Of a DNA stretch of 40,132 nucleotides, positions 17,027 to 25,619 are shown in pieces. Position 1 is the first letter of the stretch. The number at the start of each line of letters is the position of its first letter. Position numbers and translations under genes: made by a program. Source of the DNA: an uncultured Kiloniellaceae bacterium (GTDB taxonomy: Bacteria > Pseudomonadota > Alphaproteobacteria > Kiloniellales > Kiloniellaceae); contig CAZDBC010000001.1 in assembly GCA_964503295.1 (NCBI GenBank), forward strand, positions 5,872-46,003, written 5' to 3'. The notes below the pieces were generated by a model. The model saw only the letters and a list, made by a program, of their open reading frames with translations. It did no database searches and was not told the origin of the DNA.

Positions 17027-19108
17027 CTACAGTTGGCCCGGCGGACCTCCGCTCAGTACCGCCGCGTCCCCAGGCGGAGCCTGCGGTGGCTCATCATCCG
17101 CAATCGGTTCGCCGGCGTTCAGCAAATCCAAACGTCGCCCGACGGCCGCAATCTCCTGCCGCAGCATTTCGATTGCCTCGTGGCTGCCGAGCTTGGCCTC
17201 CGTCTCGATCAGTCGCGCCTGGATCTTCATCGCCTCGATCCGCTCCTTGGATTCGATCTCCATGCGCTTCGAATCCGCCTGGGCGCGAGCCTGGTCGAGT
17301 TCCGTCGCCATCGCCTGCGCTTGTTGTTCGATCGCCTGTAACCGCGCTCGTAGAGCGTCGACCTGCCCGTCTTCGTCATCTTCATCCAGGAGGTTCGGTG
17401 GCAACGTCCGCTTCAAGCGTTTTGCTAGCTCCGCGGCGCCCGGCGCGTCCCAATGACGGAACACGACGTCACCACCGATTTCCAGGAGCTTCGGCCATGC
17501 GCGAGCGAAGTCAGTGAGCATGCTGAAAGACTCCTGGCGCTTGGTGGTGTACGACGGACCGGTTGAAATCCGCACGTCGTAGCGACCCACGCCCAGATCG
17601 TACCGGTGCTCTTTCCCGGCGTCGTCTTGAAACAGCGCATTGACGCGAATTACCTTCTCCGCTTCGTCTTCGCCGATGATCCTGACCCATCTCTCCGTGT
17701 CGTAGATCTTCGGTATCAGATCTAGGATCACGCGGCCAGAATGCCGCATCGAACGTGCCAGATTGTCCGAAAAGTGGAAGTTCGCAGTGTCCCCCTCCAC
17801 TTGCCGCCGTTGGATCGCGATTCCGCTCGTCTCATTGGAGCGCGCGCCCAGGCTGGCGTCAAAGATGCCGGTGGTCGCCTTGATGTCGTCTGCTGCCTGT
17901 AACGCTCCGACCGAGAGCGCCTGGATCGGCGGCTCGTAGTTGTTGCGCTGAGGCGGCGGCGCGGGGTTGCCCGCGAGGTCAGTCGGCTTGTACTCGAGAT
18001 ACGCATGCAGCGCGCGGTTGGCGGTTTCCCATTCGCGTTCGTGGCCTTCGAACTGTCCCTCTGCACCGATGTAGGGCGCCTTCGGTGCGATCATGACCGC
18101 CTCGGCCTGCGCTGTCTTGTATGCGTTGTACAGCTGCTGCGGGTCTCGCGCGTGACGCGTGAGAGAGAACAGTAGCCGCTCGTCGTCTACGATCAATTCC
18201 TTGCCCAGTACGGGGATGATGGGGATCCATTTGCCGGGCCATCTTTCGCTCTCAAGGACTTCGGCGCCATTGATCAGCGACGAATACACTGTGCGCTGGT
18301 GCACGACTCTCTCGCGCTTCACTTCGACGCCTGCGGCCCGCAGGCGCTCGATAGCGTCCCGCGATCCGCCGATCACGGTCTCGCCGCTCGACAGCAGGAG
18401 TAGTTTCCGTGGCGTTGTCCTGACGTCCCAGTACTCCGCCACTTGCACCTGGGAGTCGGTGATCCACCCCGCCGTGTGGTGGATGTCACCATCCCAGAAG
18501 TTGGTGGATACCGCCTCGGAGTTTGGCCACCGCCGTTTGAACTCCTCCCTGCTCATCCTCTCCACCACGAACGCAAACCTTGCGTCTGCGCGGTCGTATC
18601 GCCTCGCCTGCGGGTCGTAATACACGCAAAAGGGGTCTGGGATTGCCTCGATCAGAATCTCTTGATCGAAGGAATCCTCGCTCACGAAATCAGTGGAAAT
18701 GCGGTAGTACCCGAAGCCGCAACTCACCGAATAGTCGTACGCGGTCTCGTAGGCGATGTCGCCGTCCGAGTACGTCTCAATGTGCCGGAACAGGCCTCCG
18801 ATGACCTCTGCGGTTTCGGTATCTGCGCCGTTGTCGACGGCGAGCACCTGCAACGCCACTTCGCTCTGCCGCAGGTCATTGATCACCTGATGCAGGTAAC
18901 TCGGCAAGCGATTGAACGTTAGCGCCGGCCGCCCGGACCGCTCCCGTTCGAGCCGCACGCGTTCTTCCCACTGCTTGCCGCCGATGAAGCGCAGATCTTT
19001 CCGCGCCTCAGCGCGAATCTCGCGCTCTGCTTCTTCGGCTTCCTGAAAGCGCGCCCGCGCCTGGCGCACTAGCTCTTCATCATTCATACCGTGAGGCCAC
19101 CCGGCCAA
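17027..19108 (-). CDS. Portal protein
   Basis: 693 aa. 'RKDLRFIGGKQWEERVRLERERSGRPALTFNRLPSYLHQVINDLRQSE...GGLFRHIETYSDGDIAYETAYDYSVSCGFGYYRI' is the classic portal N-terminal pattern. A long C-terminal coiled coil recalls the P22 portal barrel. Confidence 0.85.
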   Translation of the reverse strand: MAGWPHGMNDEELVRQARARFQEAEEAEREIRAEARKDLRFIGGKQWEERVRLERERSGRPALTFNRLPSYLHQVINDLRQSEVALQVLAVDNGADTETAEVIGGLFRHIETYSDGDIAYETAYDYSVSCGFGYYRISTDFVSEDSFDQEILIEAIPDPFCVYYDPQARRYDRADARFAFVVERMSREEFKRRWPNSEAVSTNFWDGDIHHTAGWITDSQVQVAEYWDVRTTPRKLLLLSSGETVIGGSRDAIERLRAAGVEVKRERVVHQRTVYSSLINGAEVLESERWPGKWIPIIPVLGKELIVDDERLLFSLTRHARDPQQLYNAYKTAQAEAVMIAPKAPYIGAEGQFEGHEREWETANRALHAYLEYKPTDLAGNPAPPPQRNNYEPPIQALSVGALQAADDIKATTGIFDASLGARSNETSGIAIQRRQVEGDTANFHFSDNLARSMRHSGRVILDLIPKIYDTERWVRIIGEDEAEKVIRVNALFQDDAGKEHRYDLGVGRYDVRISTGPSYTTKRQESFSMLTDFARAWPKLLEIGGDVVFRHWDAPGAAELAKRLKRTLPPNLLDEDDEDGQVDALRARLQAIEQQAQAMATELDQARAQADSKRMEIESKERIEAMKIQARLIETEAKLGSHEAIEMLRQEIAAVGRRLDLLNAGEPIADDEPPQAPPGDAAVLSGGPPGQL

Positions 19109-19111
19109 CCT

Positions 19112-19555
19112 CTACATAGCCGCCGCGAACGTCTCGGACAGCGCGATGAACACAGACTTACCGTGTTCCTCAATTAACCACTCGTTGAATTGCTCCGGCA
19201 GGCCCAGTTCGGCGCGCACGTCGTCATACACCATGCGCACGCCGCCGGCAAAGTCGCTGGACAGCCACTTTACCCAAAACGCAACCGTCCGAGGGGGCGC
19301 GCCCGGCGTGAGCGTGCAGATCACGTTCACGGGCTTCGTCTCTGGCAGCCCAGCGGCCACGGCGCGCGAAACTTCCAGCGCCTGCACGTTCTGGCCACGT
19401 ACAAAAACCTCGGCCGGACGCAGCAGGCCAATGGCCTCCAAACCGCGAAACAGCGCCACCGCCGTGAGCACGGAAATGTTCTGATGAGGGTCGGGGTGAA
19501 CGAAGTCATCCCAGTTGATTCTCGGCCCGGAGTAACCCGGGAAATCGATGCGCAT
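19112..19555 (-). CDS. Hypothetical protein (147 aa from ATG 19555)
   Basis: I prefer internal ATG 19555, which has an AAGGA RBS, over the track start at 19612. No motif recognised. Confidence 0.5.
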   Translation of the reverse strand: MRIDFPGYSGPRINWDDFVHPDPHQNISVLTAVALFRGLEAIGLLRPAEVFVRGQNVQALEVSRAVAAGLPETKPVNVICTLTPGAPPRTVAFWVKWLSSDFAGGVRMVYDDVRAELGLPEQFNEWLIEEHGKSVFIALSETFAAAM

Positions 19556-19578
19556 ATTCTTTGTCCTTTCTTCTTCGA

Positions 19579-19668
19579 TCACTTCCTCAGCCAGACAACC
19601 AGCAGCACGCACACAGCGAGCAGCACGGTCAGCAGAAACTGCTTTCGGTCCCCTGCTTCAACGAACAT
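19579..19668 (-). CDS. Possible 29-aa single-pass membrane peptide
   Basis: 'MFVEAGDRKQFLLTVLLAVCVLLVVWLRK' lies between the sigma gene and the 147-aa gene. It is below the track length cutoff and has a weak RBS. Confidence 0.25.
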   Translation of the reverse strand: MFVEAGDRKQFLLTVLLAVCVLLVVWLRK

Positions 19669-19689
19669 TTGCGTTTCCGGGCGTGGTGT

Positions 19690-20289
19690 CTAGGTGGCCC
19701 GTGCGGCCTCGAGCGCGCCGGCTAGTTGAGTCCTGGCGGTCGCCTGGCGCATACGGCCCAACAGGTCCTTGTGAATCTGCGCCACGCGGCACGCGCTGAC
19801 GCCCAGCTCCGTCGCGATCTCCGCGAAGCGCCAGCCATGGTAGTAGTACTTCCCCGCGACAAAACGCTGCCGCTCCGGCAGATCCTCGACTAGGCCCGCT
19901 AGTAGCTCACGGATCCACACGTCGGTGTCCTCCGGTTCGCACCGTAGCTCCGGCGGCGTCGGGATCAACTCACCGCGAAGTCCACGTTGGTCCTGAGCGA
20001 AGGCGTCGATCGTCACCATCGATCGTGACCCGTGGCGGGCGCGCAGACCATCGATGATCGCGCCGCGAATCCGGAGCCGCGCGAACACGCGGAAGACTCG
20101 CTCCACCTCATCGCGCGGAATACCGTCACTATCGAAGCGCCGCGTCGCCTCCCATAGCCCCATGCGGGCGTCCTGCTCTACCTCATCGAGTGTCACGAAG
20201 TCCGGACGCGGGAAACACGTAGCGATCGCCAAAGCGTACGGCAAGTGCGTTTCGAAGAGTTCCGCCGCGTCGACGGCCTGGTCGGTCAT
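19690..20289 (-). CDS. Sigma-70 family RNA polymerase sigma factor (regions 2 and 4; FliA/group-3-like)
   Basis: Region 2 is 'LDEVEQDARMGLWEATRRFDSDG...FARLRIRGAIIDGLR'. Region 4 is 'LPERQRFVAGKYYYHGWRFAEIATELGVSACRVAQIHKDLLGRMR'. Confidence 0.75.
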   Translation of the reverse strand: MTDQAVDAAELFETHLPYALAIATCFPRPDFVTLDEVEQDARMGLWEATRRFDSDGIPRDEVERVFRVFARLRIRGAIIDGLRARHGSRSMVTIDAFAQDQRGLRGELIPTPPELRCEPEDTDVWIRELLAGLVEDLPERQRFVAGKYYYHGWRFAEIATELGVSACRVAQIHKDLLGRMRQATARTQLAGALEAARAT

Positions 20290-20489
20290 TCTTCGTCCGG
20301 CGACGGCGGATCGTCAGCTCCGTCCGCCGCAACCAGCAGGCCAATAGCCGCTAGTATTGCCGTCCAGGTTTCGACCGCCGCCAACGCTCCGGGATTCGCC
20401 GCGACTACCGCGCCGACGCCCACGAGCGTGGCGATGCCGGCACCGCTCGTCTTCGGATTGCGCATCAGTCCTCGTAAGAATCGTTTCAT
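20286..20489 (-). CDS. Small membrane protein (two hydrophobic segments, acidic C-terminus), translationally coupled to the sigma gene
   Basis: 67 aa: 'MKRFLRGLMRNPKTSGAGIATLVGVGAVVAANPGALAAVETWTAILAAIGLLVAADGADDPPSPDEE'. An ATGA overlap at 20286-20289 joins it to the sigma gene. Confidence 0.5.
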   Translation of the reverse strand: MKRFLRGLMRNPKTSGAGIATLVGVGAVVAANPGALAAVETWTAILAAIGLLVAADGADDPPSPDEE

Positions 20490-20503
20490 CGTGTGCCTCC
20501 TGT

Positions 20504-21985
20504 TCAGAGCATCCAGCCGCCCCGGCCGGAGTGCGCCCTACGTCCACGTGTGTTTTCCGCTTTTCTCGGCCCCACCGGCTGCGCAAACGTAAGCGCCAGC
20601 GCGTCGCCGTCGTCTGGCGAGGCTTCGCCTCGCTTGACCATGTCCTGTTTGCTCTCGAGAACGAGCCGGTTACGGCGGTTAATGTGATACCCCGGACCGG
20701 TCAGACCGGTTTCGAGCGCGCCCAGGTCATCAATCGCGCCGCTCTCGAGCCAGTCTTTGGTTTTCGCCCACATGTACGAACGCTGATTCTCGTAGTGCAC
20801 GTCCGGAGATGGCCCCCCGAAGTTGACCTCAATCACGTGCCTGAAGTTGAGCACTCGCAGGCGCTCGACAATCGCAGCGCCAAACGCGCTATCGACGAAC
20901 AGCGCCGCGACCTCGTGTCCACCATGTCTCTGCCGCAGCGCCTCGGCCACGACGGCCACCAGCACATTGCGATCGCGCGAGCGTTCCCCCGAAATCCGAA
21001 TTGGCGGGATACTCCGGGCATCCTTGCCCCGCCGGAAACGCAGCACTGTCCACGCCGCGCCGCCGCCTGACACGTCCAGGCCGGCCACGAGGGGCTCGTC
21101 GTCGAGCACTTCCACCTGGCGCTTCTGCGCCGCGAAGACCCGTGCCGCGTCGATGAATTGCAGCTCGTCCGCCAGGGGCGGAAGCCCCCGTACCCGGACG
21201 CGGAAGAAGTCCGAATCCTCGCCGTAGTCCTCGGCCCACTCTGCGATCTGCTGTTTGTTCGTGAAGCGGCAGTCTCGCGAGTCGATCGACCGGTGCCGCC
21301 ACCGGTGTTGCTCTCCGCCGAACACCACCCGGTAGAACTTGCCCGATGACCTGGTCGGGTTGCCGAACGCGAAGATCATCGGCTCTCCGTCCGTTAGTCC
21401 GCCCTCGGCGACTTCCCAAATTCGCTCCGGGACCGCCGAGGCCTCGTCCACGATGTAGAACGATGTGGACGTCGCGGCATGCTGGCCGGCGAACGCCTCG
21501 GAGTTTTCCTCCCGGCAGGTCTGCGCCGAACACCGCCACGCCTCCGGAGCCTCACGGTGATACATCTTGTCGCCCGTCAGCGTCCACCAGTGCGCAGTAA
21601 TGCACCGTGATGTCCAGACTCTGATTTGCGCCCATGTCTTTTCGCTGAGCTGCGCGAACGTGTTCGCGGTGACGGTCCCGACCGCGTTGGCCCTGGTCGA
21701 CATGATCCAGTCGACAATCCACGCCACGATGGTCGATTTGCCGATGCCGTGGCCACTGGCCACCGCCACGCGAATCGGAGCTACCGGCAGACGGCCAGTG
21801 AACCGCCGCTGCCGCACCTGCTCGCCGATCTCGGCCAGCAACTCCACCTGCCACTTGTCTGGGCCCTCCGCATCACGCAGCGCCCCCGCTTCGCCCCACG
21901 GATAGGCGAAGCGCACAAAACCGAGCGGATCCGCGTAGTACTTGGCGAGCTCCTCCGCGAGGTCCAGGTTCACATCCACCCGCAT
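20504..21985 (-). CDS. terL: Terminase large subunit
   Basis: 493 aa with Walker A 'VASGHGIGKST' and Walker B 'SFYIVDEASAV'. The C-terminal nuclease-like half includes 'VAGLDVSGGG' and 'ALFVDSAFG'. Confidence 0.85.
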   Translation of the reverse strand: MRVDVNLDLAEELAKYYADPLGFVRFAYPWGEAGALRDAEGPDKWQVELLAEIGEQVRQRRFTGRLPVAPIRVAVASGHGIGKSTIVAWIVDWIMSTRANAVGTVTANTFAQLSEKTWAQIRVWTSRCITAHWWTLTGDKMYHREAPEAWRCSAQTCREENSEAFAGQHAATSTSFYIVDEASAVPERIWEVAEGGLTDGEPMIFAFGNPTRSSGKFYRVVFGGEQHRWRHRSIDSRDCRFTNKQQIAEWAEDYGEDSDFFRVRVRGLPPLADELQFIDAARVFAAQKRQVEVLDDEPLVAGLDVSGGGAAWTVLRFRRGKDARSIPPIRISGERSRDRNVLVAVVAEALRQRHGGHEVAALFVDSAFGAAIVERLRVLNFRHVIEVNFGGPSPDVHYENQRSYMWAKTKDWLESGAIDDLGALETGLTGPGYHINRRNRLVLESKQDMVKRGEASPDDGDALALTFAQPVGPRKAENTRGRRAHSGRGGWML

Positions 21986-22003
21986 CGCGAGTACCCCGCG
22001 GCG

Positions 22004-23890
22004 CTACTGCGCCAGCCAGCCCGTGTTGCCCGTCCCCGAGTCCTTCTTGTAAGGCACACCCGCGTTATCGAAATAAGCGTCGCCTGGGTTCGCCGTGACG
22101 TCCCCCTCCGGGCTGCCGGCGTCCAGACCGTATATCGTCTTTGCAGTCCATGCGGACGATCCGAACGCGGTGAACGTGTCCCCCGTGCGAGTCACGTATC
22201 CGTCGAGCAGCAGCGTTCCAGCGCGTACGAGCGGGTTGCCGGAATGCCCGGCCGCGTGGAAAGCATTCCCCATCAAGTAAGGGTATGGTTCGGCGCTGGT
22301 CTCGAGGATATTGTTCTGAAATCTCATCGCGTCCACCGACGCCGCGCCAAACGTGCCGCCGTCGAAGACATTGTTGACCAGGCGTAGGTGGACGGCATGA
22401 TCTACATTGCGCCAAAACTGAAAGCCCACCGTGTAATCTCTAAGAAAGTTGCCGGCGAACAGGTATGTGCCATTCGCAGCCGCAGTCATGTTCGCGTAGA
22501 GGGCAGTCGCGCAACCGCTGACGTGGTTGTTTTTGATGAGCGCGTTGTACGGTGACTGGAGCATGATGCCCTTGGAGCCCGATGTGCTGCCGTTGCAGGA
22601 AATCCGGTTGTCGGTCACGGTCAGGTTCTTCGGCTGCGCGACGGAGTTCAGCGCCATAATGCCGTTGCCGCTGCCGGCGACGGTGATCTGATTCCCAGTG
22701 ATGATCGCGTGCTCGTTGCCGTAAGTGACCCGAACACCATCCACGGAATTTAAGACCTGGTTGCCTGTGATCACCGCCTCCACGCCAGTACCAAGGAAAA
22801 TCCCGTATAGGCTATCCTCAATAGTCGAGTTACTGACAACAACCTTGAGCGCTCCCGCCGACACACCGCTGAACTGCAAGCCGTCATTTGTCGGATCAGA
22901 CTTGCAGGTCAGGCCATCGATGATCACCGGCCCGAACGTCGGTACGCCGGCGTCCGGAGCCTTGGTTGCTTCGTAATCAACGCAATGACTATTCGCCGAA
23001 GCCGCGACGGTCTCGATCGTCGAATGCGAGATATTGACCCTCCCAACGTGTTCCAGCACGAATCCGGTGCGGAAATTGTCCCAGGCTAAAATCTCGGAGT
23101 AAATCAACTCATCCGCTAGTTCGGTTGCCTCGCTACCGTCATCTGTGCCCCAGGCTTGGATTCCGTCGCCACATGCGCCGTGTATCCAGAGTCTACTCAT
23201 GAGCGCCCGGGATCCGCCGGTCAGGAAAATGGCCGCCTTCAGCTCGTTGCAAGTCGCCTGATTGGCCCTATTACCGTCTAGTCGGAGGTTTGACACCGCG
23301 ATGTTCGTAAAGCTGCCCTCGGACGTTATAATCCGTACGCTGATTGGCTGATCATCTGCCAACTTCAGTACCGACCCGTACCCAGCTCCGAATAGCCGCA
23401 CATTGCTCTTGAGCGTGATGCACCGCGCGCTACCAGCATCCGTCACACGGTACGTGCCCTCGGGGCAGTACACGCCGCCCCCGCCGGCCGCCGCGGCAGC
23501 GTCAATAGCGGCCTGGATCGCCGGCCTGTCATCGGCCACCCCGTTCCCCACCGCGCCATAGTCCCGCACGTCATACGTGAAGGCTTTCGCCGCGCGCTTC
23601 CACTCTGCAGCGGAGTCACAGTCCCCGGCGCTTGGTACGCACGTGTACGCCACGCCCTCGGTGGTGTCGTAGCACACCGTCCCCGACTTGCCATCCGTCA
23701 GAGCGGAGCAGCCGGCCGAGACACGCTGCATATTGTCGAGGTAGGTATCGTTGGCGTCTGCCTTGGGCCATAAGACCGCCGGAGATTCCGTGGTCTCGAG
23801 CGCCTGGCGCTGGCCGAAGGACAGCCCCGCCGCCAAGGCAAGCAGGAGCAGAAAGATTGTCGATCGAATCATCAGAAAAGCCTCAGTCAT
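22004..23890 (-). CDS. Exported right-handed beta-helix protein (pectate-lyase-3 / polysaccharide depolymerase-like) with N-terminal signal peptide
   Basis: The signal peptide is 'MIRSTIFLLLLALAAGLSFGQ'. 'YDVRDYGAVGNGVADDRPAIQAAIDAAAAAGGGGVYCPEGTYRV' is the typical N-cap of pectate-lyase-superfamily and tailspike-like enzymes. Repeated 'I.GN.V/I.N' rungs follow. The true start could be 23890 or 23872. Confidence 0.7.
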   Translation of the reverse strand: MTEAFLMIRSTIFLLLLALAAGLSFGQRQALETTESPAVLWPKADANDTYLDNMQRVSAGCSALTDGKSGTVCYDTTEGVAYTCVPSAGDCDSAAEWKRAAKAFTYDVRDYGAVGNGVADDRPAIQAAIDAAAAAGGGGVYCPEGTYRVTDAGSARCITLKSNVRLFGAGYGSVLKLADDQPISVRIITSEGSFTNIAVSNLRLDGNRANQATCNELKAAIFLTGGSRALMSRLWIHGACGDGIQAWGTDDGSEATELADELIYSEILAWDNFRTGFVLEHVGRVNISHSTIETVAASANSHCVDYEATKAPDAGVPTFGPVIIDGLTCKSDPTNDGLQFSGVSAGALKVVVSNSTIEDSLYGIFLGTGVEAVITGNQVLNSVDGVRVTYGNEHAIITGNQITVAGSGNGIMALNSVAQPKNLTVTDNRISCNGSTSGSKGIMLQSPYNALIKNNHVSGCATALYANMTAAANGTYLFAGNFLRDYTVGFQFWRNVDHAVHLRLVNNVFDGGTFGAASVDAMRFQNNILETSAEPYPYLMGNAFHAAGHSGNPLVRAGTLLLDGYVTRTGDTFTAFGSSAWTAKTIYGLDAGSPEGDVTANPGDAYFDNAGVPYKKDSGTGNTGWLAQ

Positions 23891-24119
23891 AGCACTCCGC
23901 TGGGGCGGTGTACGTCGTCGCCGCGTCGGTCATACTGGCAGCCGTCCCCGTGTAGGTACCTGGAACTGGATCGGGGCACGCGACGGGCGCCGTCCGCCGC
24001 ACCATACCCCAGTCCGCTATGCCGTGCTGGCGCACCGCACTTCCACGCCGATGGATCTGTCCGGCCGCCACGGACAGCAACACCACCAGCAGCACTGTTA
24101 CCTTGCAGACTTTGTTCAT
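23883..24119 (-). CDS. Small exported protein (78 aa, signal peptide, 2 Cys in the mature part)
   Basis: 'MNKVCKVTVLLVVLLSVAAGQ' is signal-like. An ATGA overlap joins it upstream (24116-24119), and an 8-nt overlap joins it to the beta-helix gene. Confidence 0.5.
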   Translation of the reverse strand: MNKVCKVTVLLVVLLSVAAGQIHRRGSAVRQHGIADWGMVRRTAPVACPDPVPGTYTGTAASMTDAATTYTAPAECYD

Positions 24120-24463
24120 CTTTGGAAATACAGAAAGACGACACCGTCACCGGCCGAGTCGGTGTCCACCCAGATGTCGTAGAGATCGTAGTCTTCGAAC
24201 TCTGTGTTGCGGCTTAACTTGACCGAGTCACCGGCCGCGAGTTCGCCCCCGTTTCCATCCGCGACCGCGGCGCCTCCGAGGAAGATCGTGCCGGTATTGC
24301 CGGACTTGGCTTGCACGATGACCCATACGGCGGGCGTACGCGACGCTGCGAGCCGCTCCGCGGTCCCCGCGGCCGCCACATCCTTTGAGCCGGACTGCAG
24401 TGTACCCGCAAGCGCCAACCCGCACAGCAGCCACACCCACACGACAATCAGAAGTCTTTTCAT
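24116..24463 (-). CDS. Small exported protein (115 aa, signal peptide)
   Basis: I take internal ATG 24463 of track ORF 24116..24739. It has a GGAGG RBS and an ATGA overlap with the terS stop. The signal is 'MKRLLIVVWVWLLCGLALAGT'. The mature part is beta-rich ('NTGTIFLGGAAV...GDSVKL...DIWVDTDSAGDGVVFLYF'). Confidence 0.55.
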   Translation of the reverse strand: MKRLLIVVWVWLLCGLALAGTLQSGSKDVAAAGTAERLAASRTPAVWVIVQAKSGNTGTIFLGGAAVADGNGGELAAGDSVKLSRNTEFEDYDLYDIWVDTDSAGDGVVFLYFQR

Positions 24464-24954
24464 TTGCTTTCCGCCTCCGCCACTCGTTTCCGCCCCGCCG
24501 CCAGCCGCTCGACGAGCACATCGAGTTGGCCGGAATGCTCCACCTTCACCTGGTCGCGATACTTGTCCGGCATCGCGCCCTTCATCAAAAAAATCAATAG
24601 CGTGTCGCTGAACTTGCGCACGGTCAACGGCGTATCGGAGCACACCGTCTCTCCGCGACGATTCATCCGCACAGTCCCGTCGCGATTGATCTTCGGCTCG
24701 TAGGTGAATTGCCCCTGGTGCACTACGGGTTCCTGCCAACCCTCCACCGCGCGCCGCCGGGCCTCCGCCTCGAGGGCCTCGCAGGCTTCGAGGTGCGCCT
24801 GCTCAAAGGCCTCCGCGTATTCCCAATCCCCCATCCACTCGTAATGCCGCCGCCGGTCGATCTTCGCCGCCCTGGCCGCAGTCGAGATGCACCCGCAGAT
24901 TGCGTATGCTTGCAGGAACGCACGCTGCCTCAGCGGTTGCCGTTTCTTTTTCAC
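24460..24954 (-). CDS. terS: Terminase small subunit
   Basis: 164 aa with a GTG start. N-terminal HTH 'RQRAFLQAYAICGCISTAARAAKIDRRRHYEWM' and C-terminal 'SDTLLIFLMKGAMPDKYRDQ' are both typical of small-terminase families. Confidence 0.65.
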   Translation of the reverse strand: MKKKRQPLRQRAFLQAYAICGCISTAARAAKIDRRRHYEWMGDWEYAEAFEQAHLEACEALEAEARRRAVEGWQEPVVHQGQFTYEPKINRDGTVRMNRRGETVCSDTPLTVRKFSDTLLIFLMKGAMPDKYRDQVKVEHSGQLDVLVERLAAGRKRVAEAESK

Positions 24955-25014
24955 TTGCGCTCCAGGATGGACTTCGTTAGAATCGTTTTGGCTCTTCTCC
25001 GAGAGGCCTTAGGT

Positions 25015-25040
25015 GGCTTCTGAACTCCAGTTCAGGGGCC
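25015..25040. promoter_or_regulatory. 26-bp imperfect palindrome with the TGAACTCCAGTTCA core; overlaps the recombinase stop codon, in the recombinase-terS spacer
   Basis: Sequence is 'ggcttcTGAACTCCAGTTCAggggcc', i.e. 12-bp half-sites (10/12 symmetric) around a central CC. The 14-bp core is identical to 34862-34875 and 34976-34989. Confidence 0.5.
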
Positions 25041-25619
25041 GCCTCGCTCCACTGCGAGGCGCACCGTCGCGAACGGAACCTTCAGAGCGGCGCCAATCGC
25101 GCGCCAGCTCATTCCCGCCTTCCGCATTCGGACCGCCTCATCCCGGCGGAACACTTTCTTCGGCCGGCCGCAATGCTTCCCGCGTCGCTGGGCCTCCGCG
25201 ACACCAGCCTTGACGCGCTCGCGTATCAGGTCCCGCTCAAACTCCGCCATCGCTGCCAGGATGTGCATGAGCAGCTTGCCCGCCGGCGACGCCTGGTCGG
25301 TGTCGATGCCCTGCGACGGCGCGACGAAGCGGATCCCTGAGTGGTCGAGGTCCAGCACGCGCTCGGTGAACTCTCTGACCGACCGCCCAAAGCGATCGAT
25401 CTTCCAGACCAGCACGACATCAAACTTACGGAGACGCCCGTCGGCCAATAGTTTCTCGAGCTGCGGCCGCTTCCCTCCCGCCTTCCCCGACGCTTTCTCG
25501 ATGTACTCGCGCTCGATCTCCCAGCCCATCCGCTCGCAGTATGCGCGCAGCTCCGAGAGCTGCAATTCGCAGTGCTGGTCATACGTCGACACTCGCGCAT
25601 AGATCGCAGCAGTCGTCAC
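25032..25619 (-). CDS. Small serine recombinase (resolvase/invertase family)
   Basis: 195 aa. 'AAIYARVSTYDQ' carries the catalytic Ser, and 'VLVWKIDRFGRS' and 'AAMAEFERDLIRERVKAGV' are family motifs. The C-terminal HTH is 'AGMSWRAIGAALKVPFATVRLAV'. The GTG start forms a GTGA overlap with the upstream gene. Confidence 0.85.
   Translation of the reverse strand: MTTAAIYARVSTYDQHCELQLSELRAYCERMGWEIEREYIEKASGKAGGKRPQLEKLLADGRLRKFDVVLVWKIDRFGRSVREFTERVLDLDHSGIRFVAPSQGIDTDQASPAGKLLMHILAAMAEFERDLIRERVKAGVAEAQRRGKHCGRPKKVFRRDEAVRMRKAGMSWRAIGAALKVPFATVRLAVERGGP

Noticed and set aside
20889-21539. 216-aa minus-strand ORF inside terL, plus the 20357..21070 plus ORF
   Set aside because: They are alternative-frame or antisense shadows of the terminase gene, which has unambiguous Walker motifs.
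24464-24739. N-terminal 92-codon extension of track ORF 24116..24739
   Set aside because: The extension overlaps terS in another frame and is Arg/Gly-rich. Internal ATG 24463 has a GGAGG RBS, an ATGA junction with terS, and begins a classic signal peptide.
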